Below are positions 20,401-29,133 of a stretch of DNA of 64,000 bases, one piece after another. Origin of the DNA: a virus; the IMG/VR virus record IMGVR_UViG_3300023174_000080, positions 32,001 through 96,000 of that record. One strand, given 5' to 3'. The position numbers and the translations under genes are program-made. A model generated the notes under the pieces. The model searched no databases, was not told the DNA's origin, and saw only the letters and a list, made by a program, of their open reading frames with translations. Numbering within the stretch: position 1 is the stretch's first letter; every line of letters begins with the position of its first letter.

Positions 20401-23400
20401 GTTTGTTAGCTACAATGGAGCAGTTTTCAGTGGAGTTCCCTTCTCTGGAACGGGTTTATCACCCGATAGCGAAGGAGCTATTATTTGCTATAGTATGTAT
20501 TCTTCAAGCGATGGGATAATTCTTGGTGGAAGATTTGCCGGTGCCGGTAGCTATGGAGGATCGCCATATTATGAATCTTCAAGAATAATAAAATGGAATT
20601 ATAACATTGGCGGTACTAGTGGCTGGCAAAGATTTGGAAGTGGAATTAGCAAACCAGTATCTGGTGGATTTAGAGGATATGTAAATACTATTTTTTCTAA
20701 TAGCAGTGGTTTATATATTGGAGGAAATTTTACGTCTAGAGGTCCATACGTCTATCCAAAACATATATTAAATTATAATAATGTAATTCATGGTGATATT
20801 AAAAATTCTAATATTTTAGAAAATATTTATAATATTAAAAATAACATTTCTTATAAAACATCTAAAATTGCCATTTATGACGTAAAACAAGAAAATATTT
20901 ATAATATTTCTAAAAGCGTTTATTATAATAGTGAATTAGATTTTGGCGGCACCGTGCCGGGATTTGAAATCCAACAATTCCCAATATTATTTTCAATTAT
21001 AACTGCTAGTGACGGTATATACGTTGGAGGAACTTTTAACAGCATTGGAGCTTCTTCAATAGCAAATATAGCAAAATGGAATGGCAATACATTTGAAAAT
21101 TTTGCTAATTTATATTACCAATCATTAATATATGGTTATGGAATTAATAAAATAATTTCTGGAAGTGACGGGATATATTTTTGCGGTCAAGTAAAAACTT
21201 CTTTAGGTGGACAAGATCTATACGTACTTAAATGGGCTAATAGTTTACTAACAACATTAAGTTCATCAGTGATAGCAGGTACCGATAAGCAAGTTTATGA
21301 TATTTTATCAGGAAATACTTTATTTACTACAACGGCCAACAGTGTTAATTATTATAATGTAGGAGCTTTTTCTGCTCTGCCAGCAATGGCTTCTATTACA
21401 TATAGTAATTATTCTAACAATAGCATAGCCAGTGCCAGTAATGGATTAATTGTTGCTGGTAATTTTACAATTACTTCTTCAGCATATTCCATATTAAGAA
21501 CAGATATAAATAATTGGTATTCTTTCCCAAAAAATCCTTTAAATGTTACTAGTGTTTGTTCTGGCGCTGACGGTATTTATATAGCCTCTAGAACAGGAGT
21601 TATAGTAGATTCAGATCTTAATAATTATAATTATATTGCCAAAATTACTGATAGTGGAGTAGTGGCTTTAGGCAAAGGCTTAAATGGTTCTGTGCGTAGT
21701 ATGACCTCTAACTCTAGTGGTTTATATGTTGGCGGTACTTTTACTTCTGGGGCTAATTCTGATAATACAAGTATTTTATTAAATAATATCGCTAAATGGG
21801 ATGGCGTAAATTGGACGCAAGTTGGAGAAAAAAATAATAATAATGGATTTAATATAAACGTTAATGATACAGTGGCAGGTTTAAGCAGCGATGAAAAAAA
21901 TGTTTATATAGCTGGAAATTTCCTAACAACAAGATCTAGTCCAAAAATAAAAGATAAAAATTATTCTAATTATTTTTATGGCTACTACAATCAAAATAAT
22001 TTAATTATTCCAACACCACAATTAATATTTAATAACAATATTAATAATTTATCTTGTTCTTCTAATAAAATTGATTTACTAGAATTAACATATGATTCTT
22101 TAAATAATTCTAAAATTATTACAAAATATTCTGGTAGTCATAATGTAAAAATAATAAATAATGGATATGAATATGAAATAAACGAAAAATCTAATAAAAC
22201 TCCATTTTTTAATTCTTATCTTGAGTATCTTGGAGACTTAAAAACTAAAACACAAAAGTATTCTGTAATTCCAGAATACACAATTAGTGATTTTGTAAAA
22301 ACATACATTAAAGAAAAGAATGGTAATTATAATGCTATTATAAATAATGATTATTTAAAACTTGACGGCGCAGCACAAGAGCAAGGATATGAAGATATAA
22401 ATAATTCTATTAATATAAGTAATTTAATAAAACCAGAATTAATATTTAATAATTCTAAAAATAATGAAAATATAAATTTAAATTTTAAAATATCAAGTAT
22501 TAAAAAATTAATCCCATATAGAGATTTTTATCCAAGTGAAAGAATAATTAAATTAAGTAATTATTTTATTAATTCTTTTCTTGATATAGATACTAGACTA
22601 ACTTCTGTTTTAAATTCAGAAGAAGTTTATAGTTCTTCTCTTTCAAATGGTACGCCAATAAATCAACAAATATTAACATTATTGCAACCAATGATGGCTC
22701 CGGGTATTTTATTGAATACTATTAAGTCTTCTATTGCTGTAGATTGGCCTATATTTATTGCAAATAGCGGTTCTTATAATTTAACAGGCGGAATTCAATT
22801 CTACTCTCATACTGGAAGTAATTTAATTACTAATACTGTTTATGATTCTGTTAGCGATAGATCTTATGCTTATACAGCTTCAAACTATATTGATAAAGAA
22901 CAAAATTATCGTCTACCTTTTGAAGCTATTATAGAATTTGATACACGAATTCCACAAGAGTTACGTAGCGACGATAAAAATATGTATTATTTAAATCCTT
23001 CTTATTATACATCAGATGTATTAACAGGAAGCGATTATAGTTTATTATCTTATCCAAGTTATAATATGGGTTCCGGCTCATTAAAGGCATTCATATTTCG
23101 TGATGCTAACTATAAATTAGCAATGCATAATTTCCTTGCGGAAATACCAAATTTCTTCCTTAATGGTAAATTAACAAATATAATTTCACTACCAGAAAAT
23201 GAATTTACTACAGCTAAACGAGGTGTGACATATTATATGGATGTTGTGTTAGAGCGCGATTCTAAATATAAAGAATTTATTGCCGATCCATATTATGAAG
23301 GTTTAAAAGCGCAAGCAAACAGCTTTTACGATGGTACTTTCTTATTACCATCACCTGATTCTCTATATGGTCCACCCACAAGGTATTGGAATAATGTAAA

Positions 23401-24982
23401 TCCAAATCCATTTTTCTCACGTAGCCCATATAATTTTTATTCTAAATTATTAGATACACCTGCATATGCACCATATGTACCTCCATATTATTATGGTAAA
23501 GCAGTGGCTAGAATATCTTTCACTGCCGATGATACAAGACAATATTCTTTATCCGAAATTCAATCTTCATGTTCAGTGGAATATATTAACACCGAAGCGG
23601 AAGCTTTATTTAATCAACGTTCTAATTTTATAAATGGTAATTTTACAGGATCATTTATTGATAATTATTCAACCTCCCCAGCTTATAAACAAATGATGCG
23701 TTTATCATCAAGTGTTAATTTATTCTTAGCAATTGATACAAAGCTTACTAAATTTGATCCAAAGACCGGTCAAACAACGGAAGTTGGAGATAGAGAAGGT
23801 AACAATAAATCTTGGGTTATTCAAACTAAATTTGAAACACCAAGTATTAATTTTATAAATGCTGATCTGTCTAATAATCTTGGTCTTAAATTTCTTGGTG
23901 GAACAAAAGAAAGTGGAAGTGTTAAAGGTATTTATTCTTACATGATGAAGGGTCTTTGGACAACCTATGGAGAGCCAGTAGATAATGGCTCTGGGATTAA
24001 ATTATATATTCAAGATTCATTTCAAAAAAGATTAACGAATCAAACAGGATCTTTGATAGAGCTTTGCGGTTTCCGAAATGCAGGAGATAAAAAAACAATA
24101 GGTTTATTATCAGAACGTAAAAAGGTTAGCGAATGTATCGTTATGATTCCATATACATTTAATAAAAATCACGGTCCAAACATGAATACAGATTATGCTA
24201 CTACAATAGATCCAATATTAGGAGAAAATGGTATTTATCTTTCTTCTCAAACAGGAAATGGACCATATTATTACGCCATAGATATAAACGTAATAACAGA
24301 TTATCTTGGTGGATTGAAATTTAAAAACGCATCAGTAGAGCAAATTAAAACAGCCGCAGAGTCAAGTCCGTATCAAGAAAGTACAATTATTAAGTTAATT
24401 TTGGCAATGACTAAATATGTCATTCCTCCTCATCTTGATTGGATTAGAAATAAAAATATCAATCCATTCGTTATGTATTTAGCTGAATTCTCCACAGAAT
24501 TTGACAAGCGAGATTTGTCTGATATTTGGCAGGGAGTTATGCCAAAACAAAGTTATAAAGCAGAAATAGAGCAAATAGATATTAATCATAAGTTTACAAA
24601 TAATGAATTCTTCCACGGTAAACGTCCACAAAACGATACTAAATTTAAAGTATTTAAAGTAAAACAACGAGCAAATATTAATTATTATAAACTAACTGAT
24701 GATTCTAAGGATGATGATCGCTTTAAATTTACATTTAGTAATTCTCAACAAGCAACAATCCCAGAATATTCTTATAACTGGCCTTATGATTTCTTTTCTC
24801 TCGTAGAACTAGTTAATATTGAAACTTCTTTAGAATATAAGAAACCAGAAGAAAAAGAAATTATGATTAATCCAAATGAAATTTTATCTACTTTACAGGA
24901 TCAAAACCCAATTTCTCAAAAAGATAAAATAGAAAAATTAAATAAAAAAGCAATTCCACCGAGAAAAAAACTTAAACGGTAA
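14471..24982 (+). CDS. 3503-aa baseplate/tail protein with LamG (concanavalin-like) domains and two beta-propeller modules
   Basis: LamG motifs 'TVEFWFK...WHHYAFSF...LYIDG...DEFRFW'; 'IYKSKGTEKSLRNLIRCFG' (gp7/gpI-like wedge motif); 14 'GxYxGGxF...IAKWDG' repeats. Confidence 0.72.
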   Translation: MSLKDLFSNNSGQVVINKSLEDLNREAQTENYLDSLIENNERYLPNVDFSDPVNFARYGSAEKYYVDGIKNIYQHYPYDGSKKEKLDWRNRASQIDLYILDNIYPKSVGYVNLSSSVSLSTVSGLRSSSLPQYVSIKGGPNVSSTGQFSLSNIYDPANNRESNLSINGFGNTVEFWFKDEVSSSNTNYNSSYALFDLWNSITASSADYSRLTIAKISGSNKFAVTYRSGSSGITNETIDYTFDSSAWHHYAFSFSPFNTSDLLVSLYIDGVLVKSEQYSSSAISSANNNNAIAYIGALRASIVSADSSHQGLGASYGSYDEFRFWKKCRNPQEIYRNWFLSVDGGSNTDDSNIDLGVYLKFNEGIVNTASVSEIDKICIDYSGRISNGALVNYSVGTKITSSAVDEYFGETKEEKDIIIFSSNPLVQQAIQTYGNIGFAYDQTNISSIYKSLPSWITEENEKQELEDLPSLIQIISSYFDTLHIQIENVNKIKNLEYTQDSEKPKPFAKQLLTSHGFDNLELFTDTTFLEKVLSRNENAQFEKNLSDIKNTIYQNIYNNLAYIYKSKGTEKSLRNLIRCFGVDDELIKINLYSDNTKYDISDKFIYSSVPKKFVDFNNPDRYDGYVYQKRKSTDLTNTKSYIPSTDSGSIVYIPITVQAEVIFPKQLPIESTGYFTVDFITSSLFGAHTANQNDSIYTWGNDEFNFQVYSIREKVGSPNTYFLATGSFSGSGFALSSSIYKDVYDNQKWNFALKIKPNKYDQVNIANGSQITDYSVEFVGYNSLADSVDNVFNISTNISQSNMVSALTKHKRLYVGSHYQDFDNTQLLCKTDVKISSLRFWYDYLTDEEIKLHSFESTNFGRNNPNWNPDYFLSISSDRVFTKSDTLALNWDFSNVSSSDSNGQFIVEDLTSGSLQEASSNEFGWFSGLVGYQYPGFADEFLENDDQVVNKEYVLSAKKQNPEIINGNDLIQTPDTDDVTRIKDSKAITYYLSIEKSMAQVVNDEIMNWFATIKGYNNLIGEPVERYKAEYSGLRQMREIFFKNIGSTLNFEKFFEFYKWIDSSLSNIIEQLIPLSTNASTKVRNMVESHMLERSKYENKTPTIEFKGEPRSYPIVSHLQYNYKEQAAYPNNLNSEVLISRYYTDKPLWLKQRIQRTDVIVSSSLEPQNDIDREIIRQVINQNNIDKLPTLFSSDTAYEGRNDVSRVFTKTYRIIGDTLYNLEDTLTFGNISNNRINSQFLFASASVTASGQVVQPLVKKGNYLNTYEFVQMSSRTNNNKSFIDLTGSIFAVSGTNILGFTDRTLPVRAAYKNIFVERFSAPGGPEVLSRGTLDKNAEEYSAYNSLNYRNFRVRKNLNKWLAETSSIDSENPSLHKNADNIARYPGDDNNSYTNTQNDNAFISHAIPRSDYQYSWITSSMQSNNLFSGYSSKYTNLDIQYTFVSGNVSGSSIVDFVGLNTTIPKTINTSSNTLSSVNAVIDVNKYLSNINGPYQHPTWKQIRGGESLLSRVSRKNNKILVQDTPILKTKIVNNVVVPYIERTSQTFTSYKEMPVSYNKPMTHVIDISGSDSLIETISTYDNNKERFSNELLGNTLGIDAKETPEYHDILSNLEKGLFEPKPEIVEIKYENMAYPNNTYVGSADVRLRDNYEDFIDNTGSIVNARTFWRDSIDERARASVTEDIYENLNTSYEQINNDYLFYPYNNENSNETILINQNNCFRESILSLDSYMTSSYSSQNIGIYIPSNPIADGTYNNIAFTNDGYSWTNMNLSMSNDVKAIVSNVYNNDIYIGGSFTSVNGNSVRAIIKWNNGLTSSVGTIISGEINTLVSGNNGIYAGGTFVTSTGQSRIARWDGTAWNNVGSGLSNTVLTLFSASSGLYAGGIWTTNTGSRIAKFDGIAWSAIGGGISDQVYSIFSNSSGLYAGTRTTARNGYLTKYNTSTLTWNSLGSVGTVYSITQGPTTTNLYLGIDSTSYYGFVSYNGAVFSGVPFSGTGLSPDSEGAIICYSMYSSSDGIILGGRFAGAGSYGGSPYYESSRIIKWNYNIGGTSGWQRFGSGISKPVSGGFRGYVNTIFSNSSGLYIGGNFTSRGPYVYPKHILNYNNVIHGDIKNSNILENIYNIKNNISYKTSKIAIYDVKQENIYNISKSVYYNSELDFGGTVPGFEIQQFPILFSIITASDGIYVGGTFNSIGASSIANIAKWNGNTFENFANLYYQSLIYGYGINKIISGSDGIYFCGQVKTSLGGQDLYVLKWANSLLTTLSSSVIAGTDKQVYDILSGNTLFTTTANSVNYYNVGAFSALPAMASITYSNYSNNSIASASNGLIVAGNFTITSSAYSILRTDINNWYSFPKNPLNVTSVCSGADGIYIASRTGVIVDSDLNNYNYIAKITDSGVVALGKGLNGSVRSMTSNSSGLYVGGTFTSGANSDNTSILLNNIAKWDGVNWTQVGEKNNNNGFNINVNDTVAGLSSDEKNVYIAGNFLTTRSSPKIKDKNYSNYFYGYYNQNNLIIPTPQLIFNNNINNLSCSSNKIDLLELTYDSLNNSKIITKYSGSHNVKIINNGYEYEINEKSNKTPFFNSYLEYLGDLKTKTQKYSVIPEYTISDFVKTYIKEKNGNYNAIINNDYLKLDGAAQEQGYEDINNSINISNLIKPELIFNNSKNNENINLNFKISSIKKLIPYRDFYPSERIIKLSNYFINSFLDIDTRLTSVLNSEEVYSSSLSNGTPINQQILTLLQPMMAPGILLNTIKSSIAVDWPIFIANSGSYNLTGGIQFYSHTGSNLITNTVYDSVSDRSYAYTASNYIDKEQNYRLPFEAIIEFDTRIPQELRSDDKNMYYLNPSYYTSDVLTGSDYSLLSYPSYNMGSGSLKAFIFRDANYKLAMHNFLAEIPNFFLNGKLTNIISLPENEFTTAKRGVTYYMDVVLERDSKYKEFIADPYYEGLKAQANSFYDGTFLLPSPDSLYGPPTRYWNNVNPNPFFSRSPYNFYSKLLDTPAYAPYVPPYYYGKAVARISFTADDTRQYSLSEIQSSCSVEYINTEAEALFNQRSNFINGNFTGSFIDNYSTSPAYKQMMRLSSSVNLFLAIDTKLTKFDPKTGQTTEVGDREGNNKSWVIQTKFETPSINFINADLSNNLGLKFLGGTKESGSVKGIYSYMMKGLWTTYGEPVDNGSGIKLYIQDSFQKRLTNQTGSLIELCGFRNAGDKKTIGLLSERKKVSECIVMIPYTFNKNHGPNMNTDYATTIDPILGENGIYLSSQTGNGPYYYAIDINVITDYLGGLKFKNASVEQIKTAAESSPYQESTIIKLILAMTKYVIPPHLDWIRNKNINPFVMYLAEFSTEFDKRDLSDIWQGVMPKQSYKAEIEQIDINHKFTNNEFFHGKRPQNDTKFKVFKVKQRANINYYKLTDDSKDDDRFKFTFSNSQQATIPEYSYNWPYDFFSLVELVNIETSLEYKKPEEKEIMINPNEILSTLQDQNPISQKDKIEKLNKKAIPPRKKLKR
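19799..21930 (+). repeat. Fourteen ~45-60 aa beta-propeller blade repeats (7 + linker + 7) inside the 3503-aa ORF
   Basis: Recurring V.SI.S.S.G[LI]Y.GG.F...IAK[WF]DG..W..[LV]G.G units, e.g. 'VLTLFSASSGLYAGGIW...IAKFDGIAWSAIGGG' and 'VRSMTSNSSGLYVGGTF...IAKWDGVNWTQVG'. Confidence 0.75.
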
Positions 24983-24989
24983 TAAATAA

Positions 24990-25925
24990 ATGTCATATTT
25001 TGACGATAAACAAGAAATATTAAAATTAGAATTGACCACTTATGGTAGATATTTGCTTTCTAAAGGTAAATTAAAGCCAGTTTATTATGCTTTTTTTGAT
25101 GATGATATAATATATGATGCTGAATATGCTCAGATATCAGAATCTCAAAATTCTACCCAAACAAGAATATTAGATGAAACTATATTTCTAAAACCACAAA
25201 CTACGTTTACTGGTGTAGAAAATAGTGTTTCTAGAAATAAAACTTTAATTATTGATGAATTGCAGAAATTAAAACAAGAAGAATTACAAATTTCTTCTGA
25301 TAAAAATTATGCTCTATCATTACCTCTAGGTAATTCTTCGCATGCCTCAGAATATGCTCCATCGTGGAAGTTAAACTTAATTAATGGACAAATAGATAAT
25401 GTAGAGCAATATATCGACAATTCAACTGGTGATTCTGGTTCTTTACAACCATATTTAAAAATTCCTCAAATATTTCTAAAAGATATTGTATCAAATATAA
25501 AAATTAAAAAAAATGATAGCAAAATAGATGAAAATTATATTTTCTTGTCTTCTAAAATAATTGGTTCAGATACTTATTATGCTTCTTATAAAGAAGAAAG
25601 CTGCACCTTAGATATTTTAGAATTAAATACATATGACGAAAAATTAAATTTTGATATTGAAATGTTTGTTGAAGAAAAAAATAATATGGATGAAACTACT
25701 TGGAGACAATTAAAATTTAATTCTTCTATAAAACAGATAGAAAATAATCTTTTATTGGATGAACCAATTATTCCTAAAAGCATGGATAATACCAACTTCT
25801 CAGAATATTATTTTGATTCAACGGTAGATGCAGAAATAGAAGAAGTTAAAATACAAAGCATAGGTACCTCTACCTATCAATCAAATGTCAAGCCAGAAGA
25901 CGGTCCATTTGGAGAAGATTGTTAA
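24990..25925 (+). CDS. Baseplate/tail structural protein (paralogous N-terminus with 31116..32090)
   Basis: 'LELTTYGRYLLSKG.....YAFFDDDIIY' aligns by eye with 'AVLTDTGRMRLAKG.....FALADDEIDY'. Confidence 0.6.
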   Translation: MSYFDDKQEILKLELTTYGRYLLSKGKLKPVYYAFFDDDIIYDAEYAQISESQNSTQTRILDETIFLKPQTTFTGVENSVSRNKTLIIDELQKLKQEELQISSDKNYALSLPLGNSSHASEYAPSWKLNLINGQIDNVEQYIDNSTGDSGSLQPYLKIPQIFLKDIVSNIKIKKNDSKIDENYIFLSSKIIGSDTYYASYKEESCTLDILELNTYDEKLNFDIEMFVEEKNNMDETTWRQLKFNSSIKQIENNLLLDEPIIPKSMDNTNFSEYYFDSTVDAEIEEVKIQSIGTSTYQSNVKPEDGPFGEDC

Positions 25926-28900
25926 TGTTTTTTAAATTATCTAACGAACAAATTAAGAATGCGAAAACCAATTCTTTCCCACAAAGTGTTGATTACGATG
26001 CGATTGTATCCTCTAAAGGCACAGACAATAATATAAAAATAATTATTAATATAATAGATGGTATTAATAAAAAATACAAAGTTTTTAATAATATTACCGC
26101 TCAAAAATATATGAAGTTAAAAATTTTTGAAATTAATGGCGATAATATGAAAAGCGAATTAGAAACTGCGGCCACAAATGAAAATCCATCTTTAATAGAA
26201 GAAATAATTAAGAAATATGGTGTAATTTCAAGAACTTTAAGCGCTGCTTATGATTTTAAAGGAGATGTTTATAAATTACAAAATAGAAATAGTTATTCTG
26301 GTATAACACGTTTAAGATATGAAACAGATATACTTTTACCTAGAGATATAATAAATTATTTAAGTATTGGTGTATATTTTTATTATGATCTACCATCATA
26401 TTTAAAAGAAATAAATGTTGAAGAAAAATTTGTAAATAAAGCAGTAACTTGGGACAAGCTTCATGTGTTTTCATTATATAAAAATGATAAAATTGTCATA
26501 GGAGCAGATGTAAAAGATTTAAGAAAAATAAAATCAATATTTAATCAAAGTTCTTTTTTAGATAATTTAAATGCTAATATAAATTTAGAAAATAGCTTTA
26601 ATAAAAAACTAGAAGATTCTAGAAAAAATAAATCTATAAATCAATATTTCTCTAAAGCTTATTTTTCAAGAACGCAAGATAAAAAAGCAGGTTTTGTTTT
26701 TAATTTTGATTATAAAAAAATTATAGAAAATAATTCTGCATATAAAAATATAGTAAAAGATTCCATAAAAGAATTGTCAGATATATATGCTAGTGCAAAT
26801 AAAGTTTTAGATTTAAAAGTTTCTAGAAGGCAAGTATTAATAAAAAATAAAAATAATAATGAAAAAGTAGAAATATTAAAGGACACAGAGCAAAAAATAA
26901 TATCTACTAAATTTTCAAAAAATGATATTTTTTCTTCTGTAGAAAACAAAGAAGGTAAAATTTTTGAATTATCAACTAATAATAGTTTCGGTAATTCAAT
27001 TAAAACAATCTGTGTTACTGATAAAAAAGCTTTTCAGCATTCAAACGCAATATATCAGTATGGTGTACAAATAACTATTAAAGATAGTTTAGCGTATTTA
27101 TTTAATTACTTATCTAATGCACATATTTCTGATTCTATCAATATATTAAAATATTATTTATCTTTATTAGATGATCCAAGAAATTATGATCCAACTGAAA
27201 ATTCTATTACTAATGAATTTATTTTAAAAATAGATTTTGATAAGAATTTACAACAAAAAATATCTAATGCTGTAGATAGTTTCATATTAGTTTTAAAAGT
27301 ATTTGGTATTTATAAAAATGTTGATGATGATTTACAAGAAACTTTAATATCTATTTTTAATCCTAAAAATGTTAATATAGAAAATATATCTTATTTTATT
27401 AAAATATATGAAAAAGTACAAGCACAAGTGACTAAGATATCTAAAAATAAATATGAAAATGTTTATACAATAGAAAATTGGTTTAATGATTATTTGGATA
27501 CTCAAGATAGCATTGAATATGGTTTTACTTACTTTGATAAATTACAAACAAATAGTTTGGCAATTATAGATAGCGATAAATATATTGATAAAATTACCAA
27601 TGAAGTAAAAAAATATTCTACTGATACAACTATTACAAATCAGTTTGCACAAACAACTTTATATTCGTACATAACTCCTACAAGAATTATATTACCAAAT
27701 AATAAAGTTATTAATTTAGAATCTTTAGCTTCAAAAGCAGATTCCATACTTTTGGAAGAGTATGCAAGATCTTTTATAGAAATTAAAAAAATAAATTTTC
27801 TATCTAATTTAGCAAATCATGATGAAATCGTATCACAAGATTTTTCATCAAAATCAAATCTTACTTTAAAAAATTCTATTTCCTACATGTCAGAAATTAT
27901 AGGAAATAAAGCTTCTATAGTAACTAATTTATTGCAAAAACCTATTAAGCAAATAACTCTTAAAAATAAGAAAAAAATTGTTAAAAAAGAATCAGAAGTA
28001 GATACATCACTTTTTATGTTAGAAGTAATAAATCATTTTAATATTGATGGTAGAACTTTTTATAGTATTGAAAAAGATGATAATGGCGTTCTCTTAGGAT
28101 CTAATACAACGCCAGATATGCCAATACATCTACAAACACTTATACAAAATAAAAGTAGATTATTTACTTCAACCGATAAGTATCTACAAAACATACAATT
28201 ATATATAAAATTTTTATTATTATATAATACTATACAACAAGTAGAATATCTAACTTATGATAATGACTTATTAAGTTCTGATCCAGCGACCACAAGCTTG
28301 AACAAAGAAAATTGGCGTTTATTAGATAAAAATTCTTTAGAATCTTTTATCAATGGCTCTATCCATATTTGTAGATTAAAATCTTATGTAAATACAAAAA
28401 ATTATATAAAAGGAATTAAAGAAGTAAATTTACCAATTTATGACAAATATTTTTTGTTTATGGCAAAAAATACAAATACAAATATTGAAATACCTGCTCC
28501 TATTGTTACCGTTCCAGCGCCAACTACTTCTCGTATTTTAGAGCCAATTGAAAGGCCGACGCCTTTGAAAGTTACGCCAACAAGACAAATAGAACCATTA
28601 ATATCCTCTCAAATAACAGCAAAAATAGAAAAAATTAGACCTATTCCCGCTTTTAATCCAGCTAAAGATATTGCTACAACAGAAATAAATCCAGCTATTA
28701 ATAAATTAAATAATCTATTAAATAATAGTAACATAAATATTGGATCAAAAATACAAAATAATTTAAATAATGTTCTAGAAACAGTTAAACTTCCATTAAA
28801 AGCTGAGTCATTAAAAATTACTAACACTGATAACCTAAAAGTTACACCGACAATGCAAGTTCCTACTCCAAAAGCCCCACCGAGCGTTCCCGTCGTTGCA

Positions 28901-29128
28901 AAAACAACAGCCGCTAACGCACCGGAGCAGACGCAATCTTCAACACCTAATTTAAAACCAGTTATTCCGGCTGTAGCTAAAGCTTTGTCTGAACAAATAT
29001 CAAATCCAAAAACTAACGCAACACCAGCTACAAAATCAGTTTCATCAGCAAAAAAAGAAGATAAACCAAAGGCTATTAAAGAAGAAAAGAAGTCTATGCC
29101 TTCTTCTAAGAACTTTTCAAGAAGATAA
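25919..29128 (+). CDS. Large hypothetical virion protein with Pro/Thr/Ala/Lys-rich C-terminal tail
   Basis: 1069-aa ORF in the structural operon (the ATG at 25925 is an alternative start); the last ~210 aa are low-complexity. Confidence 0.55.
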   Translation: MLMFFKLSNEQIKNAKTNSFPQSVDYDAIVSSKGTDNNIKIIINIIDGINKKYKVFNNITAQKYMKLKIFEINGDNMKSELETAATNENPSLIEEIIKKYGVISRTLSAAYDFKGDVYKLQNRNSYSGITRLRYETDILLPRDIINYLSIGVYFYYDLPSYLKEINVEEKFVNKAVTWDKLHVFSLYKNDKIVIGADVKDLRKIKSIFNQSSFLDNLNANINLENSFNKKLEDSRKNKSINQYFSKAYFSRTQDKKAGFVFNFDYKKIIENNSAYKNIVKDSIKELSDIYASANKVLDLKVSRRQVLIKNKNNNEKVEILKDTEQKIISTKFSKNDIFSSVENKEGKIFELSTNNSFGNSIKTICVTDKKAFQHSNAIYQYGVQITIKDSLAYLFNYLSNAHISDSINILKYYLSLLDDPRNYDPTENSITNEFILKIDFDKNLQQKISNAVDSFILVLKVFGIYKNVDDDLQETLISIFNPKNVNIENISYFIKIYEKVQAQVTKISKNKYENVYTIENWFNDYLDTQDSIEYGFTYFDKLQTNSLAIIDSDKYIDKITNEVKKYSTDTTITNQFAQTTLYSYITPTRIILPNNKVINLESLASKADSILLEEYARSFIEIKKINFLSNLANHDEIVSQDFSSKSNLTLKNSISYMSEIIGNKASIVTNLLQKPIKQITLKNKKKIVKKESEVDTSLFMLEVINHFNIDGRTFYSIEKDDNGVLLGSNTTPDMPIHLQTLIQNKSRLFTSTDKYLQNIQLYIKFLLLYNTIQQVEYLTYDNDLLSSDPATTSLNKENWRLLDKNSLESFINGSIHICRLKSYVNTKNYIKGIKEVNLPIYDKYFLFMAKNTNTNIEIPAPIVTVPAPTTSRILEPIERPTPLKVTPTRQIEPLISSQITAKIEKIRPIPAFNPAKDIATTEINPAINKLNNLLNNSNINIGSKIQNNLNNVLETVKLPLKAESLKITNTDNLKVTPTMQVPTPKAPPSVPVVAKTTAANAPEQTQSSTPNLKPVIPAVAKALSEQISNPKTNATPATKSVSSAKKEDKPKAIKEEKKSMPSSKNFSRR

Positions 29129-29133
29129 TATTT

